A stretch of DNA of 17,468 bases. It comes from Bacteriovoracaceae bacterium. GTDB taxonomy: Bacteria; Bdellovibrionota; Bacteriovoracia; Bacteriovoracales; Bacteriovoracaceae. Location of the stretch: NCBI GenBank assembly GCA_041586955.1, contig JBFGZE010000074.1, positions 1 to 17,468 on the forward strand, given 5' to 3'. Shown one piece after another: positions 17,252 through 17,468 of the stretch. The stretch's first letter is position 1. Each line of letters starts with the position of its first letter. A model generated the notes under the pieces. It made no database searches, was not told the origin of the DNA, and worked only from the letters and a program-made list of their open reading frames with translations. The position numbers and the translations under genes are program-made.

Positions 17252-17468
17252 CTCTCGCAGAGTGAACGAGAAGCGTAAGCGCCGAGAGATCGAATCCATT
17301 ATTTCAAAGAACTTTAGAATATCAAGGATGAGTGGTGGCCCGGGCATCTACAATGCGGCAAAGGCCTACGGGCTTTGAAGCGTTGGAGTTTACTCTCTCG
17401 CAGAGTGAACGAGAAGCGTAAGCGCCGAGAGATCGAATCCATTATTTCGAAGAACTGTAGATTATCAA
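17252..17468. repeat. Non-coding tandem direct repeat, period 143 bp (copies 17252-17325 and 17395-17468), truncated by the window end
   Basis: Both copies read CTCTCGCAGAGTGAACGAGAAGCGTAAGCGCCGAGAGATCGAATCCATTATTTC(a/g)AAGAACT(t/g)TAGA(a/t)TATCAA. The first 54 nt are identical and 71/74 match overall. The period is not a multiple of 3. Confidence 0.95.
17333..17344 (-). other. tRNA 3'-end-like fragment (acceptor 3' strand, discriminator base, CCA), Phe-like
   Basis: Minus strand CCCGGGCCACCA; B. subtilis tRNA-Phe ends CCCGAGCCACCA. No T-arm or 5' half lies upstream within the window, so this is not an intact tRNA. Confidence 0.5.

Noticed and set aside
17115..17378. 87-aa ORF
   Set aside because: Low-complexity Phe-rich translation that crosses a terminator-like hairpin, an AT-rich tract and a repeat with a non-triplet period. 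No SD.
17280..17420. Intact tRNA gene (GATCGAATCC resembles a T-loop; CCACCA end on the minus strand)
   Set aside because: No cloverleaf can be built. The T-loop-like motif is not positioned before the CCA end, and no matching 5' acceptor strand is present.
17252..17468. CRISPR array
   Set aside because: The repeat is at least 74 bp with a 143-bp period, only two copies are visible, and there are no cas genes in the window. It does not fit canonical CRISPR dimensions.

Overview
Bacterial chromosomal window of mostly housekeeping genes. The gene content and protein style suggest Bdellovibrionota/Bacteriovoracia (inference only). Left to right: the 5' part of typA/bipA (minus strand, absent from the ORF track); a divergent ABC-F ATPase; two small hypothetical proteins; a secreted CxxCH protein with a Ca-binding-like loop; a DedA/VTT-fused flavin disulfide reductase; a Tat-signal MsrB; hemJ; a histidine phosphatase; a phytase-like lipoprotein coupled to pckA; a 729-aa secreted unknown; a PhoB/PhoR-like pair; a stand-alone receiver protein; and an orphan periplasmic binding protein. 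The most unusual element is at the right edge: a non-coding, hairpin-rich tandem repeat with a 143-bp period (two 74-bp copies, 71/74 identical, the second cut by the window end). The segment between the copies carries a tRNA-like 3' end (CCCGGGCCACCA) on the minus strand. This suggests a tRNA-linked repeat array that continues beyond the window. Three genes also appear to have leaderless promoters.
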